Below, one piece after another: positions 30,529 to 40,437 of a stretch of DNA of 64,000 nucleotides; positions within the stretch are counted from its first letter, which is position 1, and each line of letters starts with the position of its first letter. The DNA lies in assembly GCA_965279515.1 (NCBI GenBank), contig CBDIID010000003.1, positions 64,001-128,000 of the forward strand. Direction: 5' to 3'. Below the pieces are notes generated by a model. It saw only the letters and a program-made list of their open reading frames with translations, did no database searches and was not told where the DNA came from. The translations under genes were made by a program, and so were the position numbers. This DNA comes from Turneriella sp. GTDB lineage: Bacteria; Spirochaetota; Leptospiria; Turneriellales; Turneriellaceae.

Positions 30529-30951
30529 TTAGATGGTTAAAACCCGTTCATTAAGCACTGATTGCAGCTTCGCGATATTGCGCAATGTCGGATTAGCCTT
30601 CTTAGGGTTCTCAAAATTCTGATAATTCTGGTAAGGAATATTCATTTTGGCTGCCAATTGCTTTTGAGTCAAATTGCGCTTTTTTCTGGCTAATTTAAGC
30701 CAAATAGCAAAGGCTACGTTCTCACTCGGCGCTACCAAATGAATTCCTTTCCCGGCTTTGTGCGATGGCTGAGGAATCTCTTGCTCTCTCAGGTCTATGG
30801 ATTCTAAGTACCCATCCAATGCTTCTTTAGCATGGGTCAAAGCTTCATCCAAGGAATACCCAAAAGTAAGGCAGCCAGGTAAGTCTGGGAATTCAACGCT
30901 AAAAGCGCCTTCTGATTTCGAATGAGTGATTTTCGCCGGATACTTAATCAT
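30529..30951 (-). CDS. hicB: HicB antitoxin with C-terminal HTH
   Basis: VEFPDLPGCLTFG...EAL..AKEAL plus XRE HTH. Confidence 0.9.
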   Translation of the reverse strand: MIKYPAKITHSKSEGAFSVEFPDLPGCLTFGYSLDEALTHAKEALDGYLESIDLREQEIPQPSHKAGKGIHLVAPSENVAFAIWLKLARKKRNLTQKQLAAKMNIPYQNYQNFENPKKANPTLRNIAKLQSVLNERVLTI

Positions 30952-31127
30952 TTTAGCCCACTTTGTTTAAGAATTGCATTCAGAGTTCCTTTCGGGATAT
31001 CTGAATTGCCATGCACCGGCACAACAACGGTTGAGGCGCCTTTCACCATGATGTGATGGGAGCCCTTTATACGATCCAGAACCCAACCGTTTTTTTTGAG
31101 CTTTTTCAATAGCTCCTTGCCTGACAT
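30948..31127 (-). CDS. hicA: HicA toxin (59 aa, absent from the ORF track)
   Basis: Manual translation MSGKELLKKLKKNGWVLDRIKGSHHIMVKG...VPVHGNSDIPKGTLNAILKQSGLK; ATGA overlap with hicB. Confidence 0.9.
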   Translation of the reverse strand: MSGKELLKKLKKNGWVLDRIKGSHHIMVKGASTVVVPVHGNSDIPKGTLNAILKQSGLK

Positions 31128-31226
31128 CCGGAATAATACACATTATTATATGTATCGTCAATCTTTTCCGGGTTTTCCTCTGCGTTCCGAAGCCGCCGAA
31201 ACATGGATGTTTCGGGCAATAATGGC

Positions 31227-31442
31227 ACCTAACTTGGATTTTACGCTGACGTTTTTTGACGCTTGTGTCATTTATTCAGTCTGTAAAGCCGATTTGCGTC
31301 AAAAAATGTGGTCGTAGCGGCTCGCAGTGGCGCGCAAAAGCAAGCGTCCCGCTTGCGCGACATCTGCGATCTTTGCCGCGAAGACCCGAGCACGCGAGGA
31401 GCTACGGCACCGCAGCGGCGCAGCGCGTAAAATTTGTTGGGC
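31227..31442 (-). repeat. attC-like site 2
   Basis: AAC...ATTTTACGC...GCGTAAAAT TT GTT. Confidence 0.85.
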
Positions 31443-31507
31443 GACGTCACGGGCCTAACGGCAAAAATATTTGACACAATGTCTTGTGTGAAGTGTTGTG
31501 TAGCTAT

Positions 31508-31708
31508 ATGGCAACGAACTTAGCTATAGACAACAAGCTATTAAATGAGGCTCTTAAAATAGGTCATTTCAGATCTAAAAAGGACACCGTTAATACGGCT
31601 TTGCGTGAATTTATTCAAAAACGACGCCAAAAGGATATCCTGAGTTTGTTTGGAACTATAGACTTTGATTCTAAGTATGACTATAAAAAAGCTCGTAGTC
31701 GGATATGA
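31508..31708 (+). CDS. vapB: VapB-type antitoxin
   Basis: MATNLAIDNKLLNEAL...KKDTVNTALREFI. Confidence 0.88.
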   Translation: MATNLAIDNKLLNEALKIGHFRSKKDTVNTALREFIQKRRQKDILSLFGTIDFDSKYDYKKARSRI

Positions 31709-32109
31709 ATATTATTCCAGATACCCCCGTCTGGTCGTTAGTTCTGCGAAGAGATATGCCCAACCGTGAAGTGCAAAACCTGTTTGTCCGATTCATTGAA
31801 GAGGGACGTGTCATCTTGCCCGGTGTTGTTAAGCAAGAACTTCTGTCAGGGGTTAGAAACCAAGCCCAATTTGATGCCTTGGCAGAGCAACTGACTCATT
31901 TTCCGGTAATATTAGCTACAGACGCAGATCACATACTTGCGGCTAAATTTTTCAATAAATGTCAAAAGTCAGGTATCCAGGGCAGCCATATCGATTTCTT
32001 AATTCTGGCACTTGCAATAAATAATTCAGCTTCTATTCTTACCTCGGATAAAGACTTCCAACATTATCAAAAGCATGTGCAGTTTGAGCTGCAAATGATT
32101 GGCCCGTGA
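31705..32109 (+). CDS. vapC: VapC PIN-domain toxin
   Basis: DTPVW, QELLSG, IDFLI, TSDKDF. Confidence 0.9.
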   Translation: MNIIPDTPVWSLVLRRDMPNREVQNLFVRFIEEGRVILPGVVKQELLSGVRNQAQFDALAEQLTHFPVILATDADHILAAKFFNKCQKSGIQGSHIDFLILALAINNSASILTSDKDFQHYQKHVQFELQMIGP

Positions 32110-32113
32110 TGTC

Positions 32114-32330
32114 GCCCAACGTGGATTTTACGCTGACGTTTTTTGACGCTTGTGTCATTTATTCAATCTGTAAAGCCGATTTGCGTCAAAAAATGTGGTC
32201 GTAGCGGCTCGCGGCGGCGCGCGAAAACACACCTCCCGGTGTGCGCGTCGTCCGCGATCTTTGCCGCGGAGACCCGAGCACGCGAGGAGCTACGGCACCG
32301 CAGCGGCGCAGCGCGTAAAATTTGTTGTCT
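32114..32330 (-). repeat. attC-like site 3
   Basis: Same repeat family. Confidence 0.85.
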
Positions 32331-32339
32331 GTCGTAAGC

Positions 32340-32639
32340 CTAGGCAATTTTTTTCAGGCGTGGCTCGACTGTATAGCCAAGCGCGGCCAATACCTTCAGC
32401 ATAAAATCAGTGCTAATATCTGATCTGCTTCGATTTAACAATGCAGTAATTCTTGTTCTTGAAGTTCCAACTCGTTTAGCCAAGGTTTCATGCGTCAGCT
32501 TGGACTTACTAAATAGGCCAGCGATATCGGAGTTCAACTTTGAACGAAATACCGCGTCGGCGGCTTCATATTCAGTCAAACCAATAGCCTCAAAAAGCTC
32601 TTTTGGATTCTTCGCTGTGATTACATTTAATTTAGCCAT
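32340..32639 (-). CDS. XRE-HTH antitoxin (HigA-like)
   Basis: HTH LTHETLAKRVGTSRTRITALLN; downstream of a RelE-like toxin. Confidence 0.85.
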   Translation of the reverse strand: MAKLNVITAKNPKELFEAIGLTEYEAADAVFRSKLNSDIAGLFSKSKLTHETLAKRVGTSRTRITALLNRSRSDISTDFMLKVLAALGYTVEPRLKKIA

Positions 32640-32967
32640 TTGTAGCCTCCAAAATTTCTCTCAATCTCTTCTTGCCGATATCTATTTCGCGTTTCAATGT
32701 CTTCTCTGATTTCTTGATAAAAGTGTGAAACACTAAGACTTTGCCAGCTACTTTGAGGTAGTAAAAAGCCCTGTATTGATTCTGCGAATCCTTAACCCTC
32801 AATTCGGAGACACCTGGAGCGACAGAAGGCATTGGTCGCGAATCTGGCATACTGACGCTCTCTCCCAGTTGTAAGTCGAGTATCAAATCCCCCAGTTTTG
32901 CCTTGATCTCCTTGGAGTAGGACTTAATCTCGGACAATGCTGCCGGATGGAAGTCAGCATCTTTCAC
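32632..32967 (-). CDS. RelE/HigB-like (Gp49-type) toxin
   Basis: SRPMPSVAPGVSELRV...YRAFY...HTFIKKSEKT. Confidence 0.88.
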   Translation of the reverse strand: MKDADFHPAALSEIKSYSKEIKAKLGDLILDLQLGESVSMPDSRPMPSVAPGVSELRVKDSQNQYRAFYYLKVAGKVLVFHTFIKKSEKTLKREIDIGKKRLREILEATNG

Positions 32968-33024
32968 TGCTTAATGTATTGAAAACAATACATGGCGTCA
33001 AGAAAAACTCGCGTGGCTTATGAC

Positions 33025-33247
33025 AGACAACGTGGAATTTACCCGAAGTCGATAGTGCGTCGCACAATAAATGCAGTCTTCACTCGAAAGCCACGACTTG
33101 ATGCACTATCGATTTGCCGAAGGTCGCCTCGTTGCGCCCGACCAAACAAACGTCCCGTTTGTCGGGCGTCAACGACTCCTGGCGACCGAGGCCGAGCACG
33201 CCCGCCAACGGAGTGCGGGCGCGCGCAGCGGGTAAATTTTGTTGTGC
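33025..33247 (-). repeat. attC-like site 4
   Basis: Same repeat family, TCGATAGTGC arm variant. Confidence 0.85.
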
Positions 33248-33294
33248 GAAGGTTTTGCGCCATACGGTAGATGCTTAGCAAAAAATTCCATGGC

Positions 33295-33747
33295 CTAAAT
33301 TAGAATCTTAGTTTCAATGAAATCTAGTCTTTTGCTTAACAAATCTGCCATTTGACGGGTCGGGCGGGCATCCACCGGTATCAAGTCTTCGATTGATCTC
33401 CCTTCTCGCACGGCGTCTACCCAGCGACCCATTTCATACACATAACCAGAAAGAGCCGCCGCTGGCGTTTCGTTATCAATCGCTGATATATAAGCAGATG
33501 GCAAATCACCCACGACTACCCAAAGCCAATTATCGGCCTTGCCATTTGGCAATATCTCAAAGAGGAAAACGGCCACTATACCACCAACTCCCAGGCCAAA
33601 ATGCGCATCTTTGATTTTCTTACACCAAGAGTGGCTTCTCAGATAGTCACTAGCCTCGAGATACATCTTCTTAAGCATTTTAGTGTCTGCGGCGTCTTCC
33701 CCGCGCATCTTTTTGATCGGCACAATATTCTTAAATTCAGCTTTCAT
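33295..33747 (-). CDS. Cassette gene: hypothetical (DUF4826-like WVVVGDLP motif)
   Basis: ORF filling the cassette; start placed at MKAEFK. Confidence 0.7.
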   Translation of the reverse strand: MKAEFKNIVPIKKMRGEDAADTKMLKKMYLEASDYLRSHSWCKKIKDAHFGLGVGGIVAVFLFEILPNGKADNWLWVVVGDLPSAYISAIDNETPAAALSGYVYEMGRWVDAVREGRSIEDLIPVDARPTRQMADLLSKRLDFIETKILI

Positions 33748-33815
33748 ATTTATTGCAAAAGTTCCATCAAACTCCAGCAAAATACCCTTCCACGATGAAA
33801 AATAAATGCGCAGGT

Positions 33816-35147
33816 TCAATATCAGAACATCGGTAACGAAAAGTCATCACGACATCGGTAACAGTTCTGCCTCAGGCTTTGCCGTGGTTTCCTCCTGATT
33901 TGGTGTAAACAAATAATTGTTCCGATCGATGTAGCCCAATAGCAGGCCACCGAAGTAGACGTCGATGCGCATGTCGGCGATAAACCGGAGCCCGATCGGG
34001 TAGCCGTTAAAAGAATTGCCGATAAATATCCGGTGCTGCTTGTAGTTGGTGTAACCGCGGTCATTTACCATGCGTACGATGCAATCCTCAGGGTAGGCGG
34101 GTACTACGTCGCCAATATACGGAATTTCAGATGGTAGGTAGAACTCTGATGGCGTCCTCATGCCCAGGGCTTCATGCGGTCGCACATTGTTGAAGTCTTC
34201 GCGCCACTGATCAAACGAAATCTGGTGAAGCTTTAGATCACCGCGAATGCGCCCCTGCAGTTCCGTGCGGATGTCTCTGTGCATACGCTCATGGCCACCA
34301 TTCTGGGCTGGCTTTCCCGGATCAATGCGGTCCAGAGAAATTCCCAAGGACAGCCACCAGACTGACAATTTTGTCAGGCCAAAGAGTCCCCACGATGATG
34401 CGAAAGGAGTTCCGTTGTCAGAGCGAATAATTTCCGGCAGACCATAGCGTTTGAAGAGTCTGGCAAAGTGTTGTTTTACATTGGAAATATTGCCCTTTTC
34501 CAGTATCTGTATCGACAGGATGTACTTACTGTACTCATCGCGAACTGTCAGAGGTTCGCATTTCTCTGCATGTGCAGTATACCACCACCCCTTGAAATCA
34601 ACCGTCCATATGTGATTGGGATGCGTCGCCTTTTCGCGAAGCATCAGCCTCTCTCCGGTTCTGCGGCGCTTCTTTCCTCTTGGCCTTGTCAGACCAGAGC
34701 GCGCCAGAAGGCGATCGACTGTAGGAACTGAAATATCGTCTTTGCGCTCCGGGTAAAGCCTGCAGAAAACCGCATAGATCTTCTTGGCTCCCCAGCGCGG
34801 CCTGTTATTCTTTATGCGAATAATATCGCAGATTGTTTCTTCGTCAGTGCGGTTCGGATTGCCTCCTGGTTTTCGTGACAACTCCGCCAATCCAGCTAAG
34901 CCTTTTTCCAGAAACCTTGCCTTCCACTTGTACCCTGTCTTGGTGCTGATGCCAAACTCGCGGCACAGCTCTGTGAAACTCTCTACGCCCTCCAGGGCGC
35001 GAAAGACAAAAGATCTTTTCTCTTCCATTTTGGTAACCTCTTTCCACGGCATTTGAGCCCCCTGCCGAAGGCAGGCAAAAGCTCTTTGCGAAGCAAAGTG
35101 TTACCGATGTCTTGATAGAAATGTGTTACCTATGTCGTGATAGTACC
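33816..35147 (-). mobile_element. IS481-family element, copy 2
   Basis: Both ends carry tandem ACAT(C/A)GGTAAC repeats; no target duplication visible. Confidence 0.85.
33847..35052 (-). CDS. IS481-family transposase
   Basis: Close paralogue of 25395-26675. Confidence 0.9.
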   Translation of the reverse strand: MPWKEVTKMEEKRSFVFRALEGVESFTELCREFGISTKTGYKWKARFLEKGLAGLAELSRKPGGNPNRTDEETICDIIRIKNNRPRWGAKKIYAVFCRLYPERKDDISVPTVDRLLARSGLTRPRGKKRRRTGERLMLREKATHPNHIWTVDFKGWWYTAHAEKCEPLTVRDEYSKYILSIQILEKGNISNVKQHFARLFKRYGLPEIIRSDNGTPFASSWGLFGLTKLSVWWLSLGISLDRIDPGKPAQNGGHERMHRDIRTELQGRIRGDLKLHQISFDQWREDFNNVRPHEALGMRTPSEFYLPSEIPYIGDVVPAYPEDCIVRMVNDRGYTNYKQHRIFIGNSFNGYPIGLRFIADMRIDVYFGGLLLGYIDRNNYLFTPNQEETTAKPEAELLPMS

Positions 35148-35158
35148 CCGCCAATGTC

Positions 35159-35375
35159 ACACAATGTGGATTTTACGCTGACGTTTTTTGACGCTTGTGT
35201 CATTAATTCAATCAGGCAAGCCGATTTGTGTCACCAAATCTGCCCGGAGCGCCTCGCGGCAAAGCACAAAACAAGCGTCCCGCTTGTGCTTTGTCCGCGA
35301 TCTTCTGGCGCGCAGGGCCGAGCACGCGAGGAGCTACGGCACCGCAGCGAGCGCAGCAGGTAAATTTTGTTGTCT
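35159..35375 (-). repeat. attC-like site 5 (core AAC mutated to AAT, chimeric arms)
   Basis: CACAAT GTGG ATTTTACGC...CAGGTAAATT TT GTT. Confidence 0.8.
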
Positions 35376-35425
35376 GACGTTTCTAACCCGCAATATGCCG
35401 CCGTAGCCATGGAGGGCGAAGGCGG

Positions 35426-35722
35426 TTAGTGGAAAGGCTCCTGTAGAATCCTTGCCCCATGCCAAATGATACCTATTTCAACGCGATCTTCACGCACTCT
35501 GTAAATTATGCGATAATCTTGAAAGATGACCTCTCGATAGTCTTTATCAGGAAATTCCGGGACTTTTCGGCCCATTAAGGGATGCTGTTCCAGTTGCTTA
35601 ACGCGGATGTTTATTTCCCGGGCAAGTAACTTGGCATAGGGTAATGAAAACTGTTCAATATACTGGCAAATTGCTTCGAAGCTTTGTATTGCCGGTTCTG
35701 ACCACCTTATTCGGAAAGCCAT
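35426..35722 (-). CDS. RelE/ParE family toxin
   Basis: IRWSEPAI...HPLMGRKVPE...YREVIFQDYRIIYRV...HGAR. Confidence 0.88.
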   Translation of the reverse strand: MAFRIRWSEPAIQSFEAICQYIEQFSLPYAKLLAREINIRVKQLEQHPLMGRKVPEFPDKDYREVIFQDYRIIYRVREDRVEIGIIWHGARILQEPFH

Positions 35723-35901
35723 TTAGCCATGCGCTTTTCCACTTCTTCGTGATCAACGCCACCATTCTTATCTAAATCACTAAAGGCAGCGTCTACCCGT
35801 GCCCTGAAGTAGAGCTTTTCCATAATATCTGATACCGTAGCAGTATCTGGCAATGAGTCTATCATTTTGACGACCTCATCTTTTACTGTAGCCTGTGCCA
35901 T
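35707..35901 (-). CDS. Antitoxin partner of the RelE/ParE toxin
   Basis: KDEVVKMIDSLPD...DIMEKLYF...HEEVEKRMAKWL; overlaps toxin start. Confidence 0.8.
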   Translation of the reverse strand: MAQATVKDEVVKMIDSLPDTATVSDIMEKLYFRARVDAAFSDLDKNGGVDHEEVEKRMAKWLSE

Positions 35902-36035
35902 AAGACAGGATAGCCAAGCCATTTAGTGCAGCAAGGATTTTCCAGAAATCTCGCTCTAAGCTAAAGTAAGCTCAATCACCAGGGCTCGACCGCGGCATGG
36001 ATGCCGCGTGCATGGTATTGCGGGTTAGAAATGTC

Positions 36036-36258
36036 AGACAACATGGAATTTACACGAGGTCGATGGTGCGCCGCACAATAATAGTGGGCTTATTTGGAAA
36101 GCCGCATATTAAGCACCATCGATCTGCCGTAGACCGCTCGTTGCGCCTGACCAAACAAACGTCCCGTTTGTCAGGCGTCAACGATCTTTGCGGTCGGAGG
36201 CCGAGCACGCGAGGAGCTACGGCACCGCAGCGAGCGCAGCAGGTAAATTTTGTTTTCT
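36036..36258 (-). repeat. attC-like site 6
   Basis: Same repeat family. Confidence 0.85.
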
Positions 36259-36332
36259 GACGTAGCTGCCCTTGTGAACCCGGCCATGGACGGCCGGGTG
36301 AAAATTTGGAATACTGGCCCGCGGCAAAATGA

Positions 36333-37280
36333 GTGAGGTCTCATAATTGGCTTGCTGCCCAGCTGGGAAAGCAAAATAAGTTCTTTGTGAAATGCCTCGG
36401 TAAGCTGAGTTTCTTCTCCGTGCTGCTCTTAGTGGCGATACTGCCAATTGGTGCACAACTGACGGAGAAGGATTTCGATGAGCTTCTTGTGGCCGTAGAG
36501 GCGAGTAATTTTAAGAAACTCAAAACAATATTAAATAAAGAAAAGGCGAACGCGAAAGACAAGCACGGTAAACCTCTTTTACACCGAGTGAAAGATATTC
36601 GAATTGCTAGACTTTTTCTCGAAAACGGTAGCAATGTCAATGCAACGGATGGTTATTTCGAGACAACAGCATTGCATAAAGGACCAAGTATTCAGTTTGC
36701 CAAACTCTTTATTGAATTCGGGGCAGACGTAAATGCGAGAACTAGGTATAAGCAAACGCCTTTATATGGGGTTGATACAATTGAACTGGCGAAGTTACTC
36801 GTCGAAAACGGCGCAGACATAAATGCAAGAAATGATTCAGGATATACCCCCCTGCATGTGACGAATAGTATTGCAGTCGCTGCTTTTCTTATCGATAAAG
36901 GCGCAGATGTTAATGCCAGAACTGATGACGGATCGACGCCGATACATCGAGTTCAGGACGTTCGAAAGATTAATCTGCTGATTGAAAAGGGAGCCGATAT
37001 TAACGCTCAGAATAATGCAGGTGAGACCGTTTTGCACCTAGCCGCAAAAGAGGGTCAAACTATTCATGTTGATAAGATGGAAGCAGGTCATCATGCTCCA
37101 TCGCGAACGGACTGGACAGAAAACAAGAAAATTATTAGATTGCTTACTACCCACGGAATAAATGCCTTTTTGAAAAATGCAAAGGGAGAAACAGCTTTTG
37201 AAATTGCTTGGGATAAACAAGTTAAAGCCCTTCTAAAGGCTGCGGAAGAAAAATATCGGGCTCAAATAAAGAGCAAGTAA
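36333..37280 (+). CDS. Cassette gene: exported ankyrin-repeat protein
   Basis: Repeated GADVNAR...G.TPLH units; start may be GTG at 36387. Confidence 0.9.
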   Translation: MRSHNWLAAQLGKQNKFFVKCLGKLSFFSVLLLVAILPIGAQLTEKDFDELLVAVEASNFKKLKTILNKEKANAKDKHGKPLLHRVKDIRIARLFLENGSNVNATDGYFETTALHKGPSIQFAKLFIEFGADVNARTRYKQTPLYGVDTIELAKLLVENGADINARNDSGYTPLHVTNSIAVAAFLIDKGADVNARTDDGSTPIHRVQDVRKINLLIEKGADINAQNNAGETVLHLAAKEGQTIHVDKMEAGHHAPSRTDWTENKKIIRLLTTHGINAFLKNAKGETAFEIAWDKQVKALLKAAEEKYRAQIKSK

Positions 37281-37381
37281 ATATGCTTTTGAGGAACATA
37301 AACTGTTTGAATTCTTGATTGCCGTGTTTTGACAACCAGTGCCCGCATGGAGGCGGGCAAATAACATTGGGCAGCTATGTC

Positions 37382-37601
37382 AGAGAACGTGGAATTTACC
37401 TGAGGTCGATAGTGCGTCGCACAACAAATGCAGTCTTCATTCGAAAGCCGCGGCTTGATGCACTATCGATCTGCCGTAGGTCGCCTCGTTGCGCCCGACC
37501 AAACAAACGTCCCGTTTGTCGGGCGTCAACGAGTCTTCGCGACCGGAGGCCGAGGACGCGAGCCAACGAAGTGCGCACGCTCGCAGCGGGTAATTCTTGT
37601 T
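37382..37601 (-). repeat. attC-like site 7 (interrupted at its GTT by IS1182)
   Basis: Repeat continues as GTTAGGC at 39339. Confidence 0.85.
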
Positions 37602-39338
37602 GAATCTGTAGAATAAGATTGCTTTGGCCTGAAAATTGCCGTAGTTACGTAGGTTATAATGCAACATATCGGGAGAAACCCATGCCGCGATTTAGATCAG
37701 AAAACAGAAGCCAGAATATGCTTGTGCCGGTCGATCTTTCGGATCAGATAATGAAGGGGACACTGGAAGCGACGATCAACGAAGCAATCAATCGGATGGA
37801 CATGACGCCGTTTACCCGCAGAATCAAGAACGACCTCACCGGTGCGCCGGCATATGATCCACGCTCGTTGCTCAAGGTGATTCTCTTTGCCTATTCGCGG
37901 GGGATTTTGTCTTCGCGCCGTATTGCCGATGCCTGCGAGAAGCACATTGTGTTCATGGCCTTGAGCGGTTATAGCAAGCCTAATTTTACCACAATTGCTG
38001 ATTTTATCTCTTCGATGGGGGCAGAGGTTAAGCAGGTTTTCATCCACATTCTGCGAGTCTGTGCGAAAATGGATTTAATCGGCGCGGAGCGCTTTGCGAT
38101 TGATGGGCACAAGCTTTCCTCGAGCGCCGCTAAGGAACATAGCGGTCGCTTTGCCGATTTCAAAAAGCGTATCGAAAAATACTCCGACCTGATCGGGGCT
38201 CTGGTCAGGCAGCATGCAGAAACAGATTTGAAAGAGAGAAAGGCAGCGTTGGCACAAAAGCGTAATCGGCTGACAGCGAAGAAAGAACGACTGGAGGGGT
38301 TTTTAGAATCCAACCAGGCTAAACGGGCAACGCGGAAATGCGGCAAAGAGCCGACGAGCAACGTGACGGATAACGAATCGGCCAAGATAATTTCATCGCA
38401 CGGGGTGATTCAGGGCTATAACGGTGTTGCGGCGACCGATGAGAAATGCCAGATTGTGATCGCGGCCGAAGCGCACGGTACTTCTTACGAGGGCAACCTG
38501 CTGATGCCAATGCTTGGTATAGCCGAAGAGAACATGGCGGATGTCGAAATAGATAAAACAATATCAGAGATACAGGTACTTGCGGACGCAAATTACTTCA
38601 ACGAAGCAAACCTGAAGGCTATGTCAGAGAAAGGGATCGATGCGTATATACCCGATCCGATGTTTCGCAAGCGCGATCCGCGGTTTGCGAATGCAGACGA
38701 CCACAAGGGTAAGACGCGCAGGAATGTCTATGACACGAAGAAGTCACAGGGCTTGCGCGGGTTCGGACAGGAGGATTTTATCCATGACAAGAACGGTGAT
38801 TTTTACATCTGTAAATCGAGTCACCGTCTGAACCGGTGGGCCAATCACGCGAGCAGTGGTGGCCGGGTTTACGGTATTGGAAAAATTGCGCACTGTCGGT
38901 CCTGTCCTTTGCGTAACGAGTGCATGCCCGGTGGTAATGCTCGGTCCAAGAAAATGATTACAGTCGCGAGCACAGATGCAGATAGCAGGCGCATGCCGTA
39001 TTCGACCGCGATGAAGGCTAAAATTGATTCACCAGAGGGCAAGGCGATCTATGCGAGGCGGTTGCAGATTGTGGAACCGGTGTTTGCGAACACCAGGGCG
39101 CATAAAGGGATGAATAAATTTACACTCCGCGGGAAGCGAAAAGTGAATATTCAGTGGCTGCTCTACATGTCGGTTCATAATCTTTCTAAGATTGCCAGGG
39201 CAATTCGTGCGAATCCGCAGTTACAGATAGCGTGATACGGCGTGGGAAATCAGTACTGAAGGAAAAGGCGATTTAGCGGGCAGAACAAAAGACGAACAGG
39301 CCTATTGCGCTACGAGCGGGGACTTTTTCTACAGATTC
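37602..39338 (+). mobile_element. IS1182-family element inserted at the attC core
   Basis: IRs GAATCTGTAGAA(T/A)AAG; GTT duplicated at 37599-37601 and 39339-39341. Confidence 0.88.
37682..39235 (+). CDS. IS1182-family transposase
   Basis: GAPAYDP..LLKVILFAYSRG..SSRRI, AIDG, LADANY, VEPVFAN. Confidence 0.9.
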   Translation: MPRFRSENRSQNMLVPVDLSDQIMKGTLEATINEAINRMDMTPFTRRIKNDLTGAPAYDPRSLLKVILFAYSRGILSSRRIADACEKHIVFMALSGYSKPNFTTIADFISSMGAEVKQVFIHILRVCAKMDLIGAERFAIDGHKLSSSAAKEHSGRFADFKKRIEKYSDLIGALVRQHAETDLKERKAALAQKRNRLTAKKERLEGFLESNQAKRATRKCGKEPTSNVTDNESAKIISSHGVIQGYNGVAATDEKCQIVIAAEAHGTSYEGNLLMPMLGIAEENMADVEIDKTISEIQVLADANYFNEANLKAMSEKGIDAYIPDPMFRKRDPRFANADDHKGKTRRNVYDTKKSQGLRGFGQEDFIHDKNGDFYICKSSHRLNRWANHASSGGRVYGIGKIAHCRSCPLRNECMPGGNARSKKMITVASTDADSRRMPYSTAMKAKIDSPEGKAIYARRLQIVEPVFANTRAHKGMNKFTLRGKRKVNIQWLLYMSVHNLSKIARAIRANPQLQIA

Positions 39339-39369
39339 GTTAGGCGCAGTGATTTGAGCTACGTATCAA

Positions 39370-39564
39370 TCATTGTTTCGCCAAGGAGGGCGAAACAATG
39401 CGAACACCACGATCTATGATTAGTTCTTTGAATAGAGCAGAATTGTGCACTTCTTTTGATACCTTTTCAGAATATTCAGCAAGTGAAAGATGCTTATTAT
39501 TCTCGTATTCTCTGTTCCGAATACTTCTGACCCATTCGACACAATCAAATTTCTTCTTCGTCAT
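39370..39564 (-). CDS. Small putative antitoxin downstream of a PIN toxin
   Basis: MTKKKFDCVEWVRSIR, overlaps the PIN gene end. Confidence 0.7.
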   Translation of the reverse strand: MTKKKFDCVEWVRSIRNREYENNKHLSLAEYSEKVSKEVHNSALFKELIIDRGVRIVSPSLAKQ

Positions 39565-40015
39565 AAACCACCTCTTTCGGACTGCGAATTTCTAAACTCC
39601 TATACCCTTCACGGATATTTATTCCATTAAAGCCCATAATTCGGCTCACGTTCACAATATGCTTAAAATTCCAACTTAGCAATAAATCAGCTCCAAAATG
39701 AGCCGCCGTTGCTATGTGCAAGGCATCAACCTGGCACCATTGTGGTACAACCTTCTCCGTAATATACATCTGTGCCAACGTTCGCACTTCTGGCGTGGTG
39801 GTAATTTCAACCTGATATTCCTCGGGTATCCCTTTCAATACATTCTTAATCTCGGTCGGTGCACCTTCAAGCTCTTTCAGAGTCGTATCTGAAATCAAAG
39901 CAATATATCTACCACTCTTAATTCGATCGATAAGCATCAGTGATTCGACCGAGAATTCCTCGTCAAAACAACCGCCAATAACCGACGTATCGAGATAAAC
40001 CTTCAGAACGCGCAT
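39545..40015 (-). CDS. PIN-domain toxin
   Basis: VYLDTSVIGG, DALHIATA, LLSWNFKHIVN. Confidence 0.9.
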   Translation of the reverse strand: MRVLKVYLDTSVIGGCFDEEFSVESLMLIDRIKSGRYIALISDTTLKELEGAPTEIKNVLKGIPEEYQVEITTTPEVRTLAQMYITEKVVPQWCQVDALHIATAAHFGADLLLSWNFKHIVNVSRIMGFNGINIREGYRSLEIRSPKEVVYDEEEI

Positions 40016-40134
40016 TTTCAGCTAAAATATGCTCTAAAGATATATAAGGTCAACGCATAAATGTCGTGGCCAAAATCGACTGATGCCCGCCACGGATGGC
40101 GGGGGCGCCTTGGAAAACCCTCTCAAATCATTGC

Positions 40135-40349
40135 GCCTAACGTGGAATTTACCTGAGGTTGAGTGACGCTTTGTTCAAGTTTGTGTTCTGTAAAGCCATT
40201 TTGCGTCACTCAATCTGCCCGGAGCGCCTTGCGGCAAAGCACAAAACAAGCGTCCCGCTTGTGCTTTGTCCGCGATCTTCTGGCGCGTAGGGCCGAGCAC
40301 GCGAGGAGCCACGGCACCGCAGCGGCGCAGCAGGTAAATTTTGTTGTAC
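40135..40349 (-). repeat. attC-like site 8
   Basis: Same repeat family. Confidence 0.85.
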
Positions 40350-40437
40350 GCCGTTGCCGTTCGGATAGCCTCGATCAAGGAGGATCGAGGCGTATTTTTG
40401 TTTACGACCGACGATTAATATTTACGGCTCCTTACAG

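Noticed and set aside
30967..31161. 64-aa minus-strand ORF upstream of hicB from the ORF track
   Set aside because: Wrong frame; the real gene is hicA at 30948-31127.
25395..39235. rve/integrase-core ORFs as the integron integrase
   Set aside because: They are DDE transposases with IS ends; no tyrosine-recombinase motif set was seen in any ORF.
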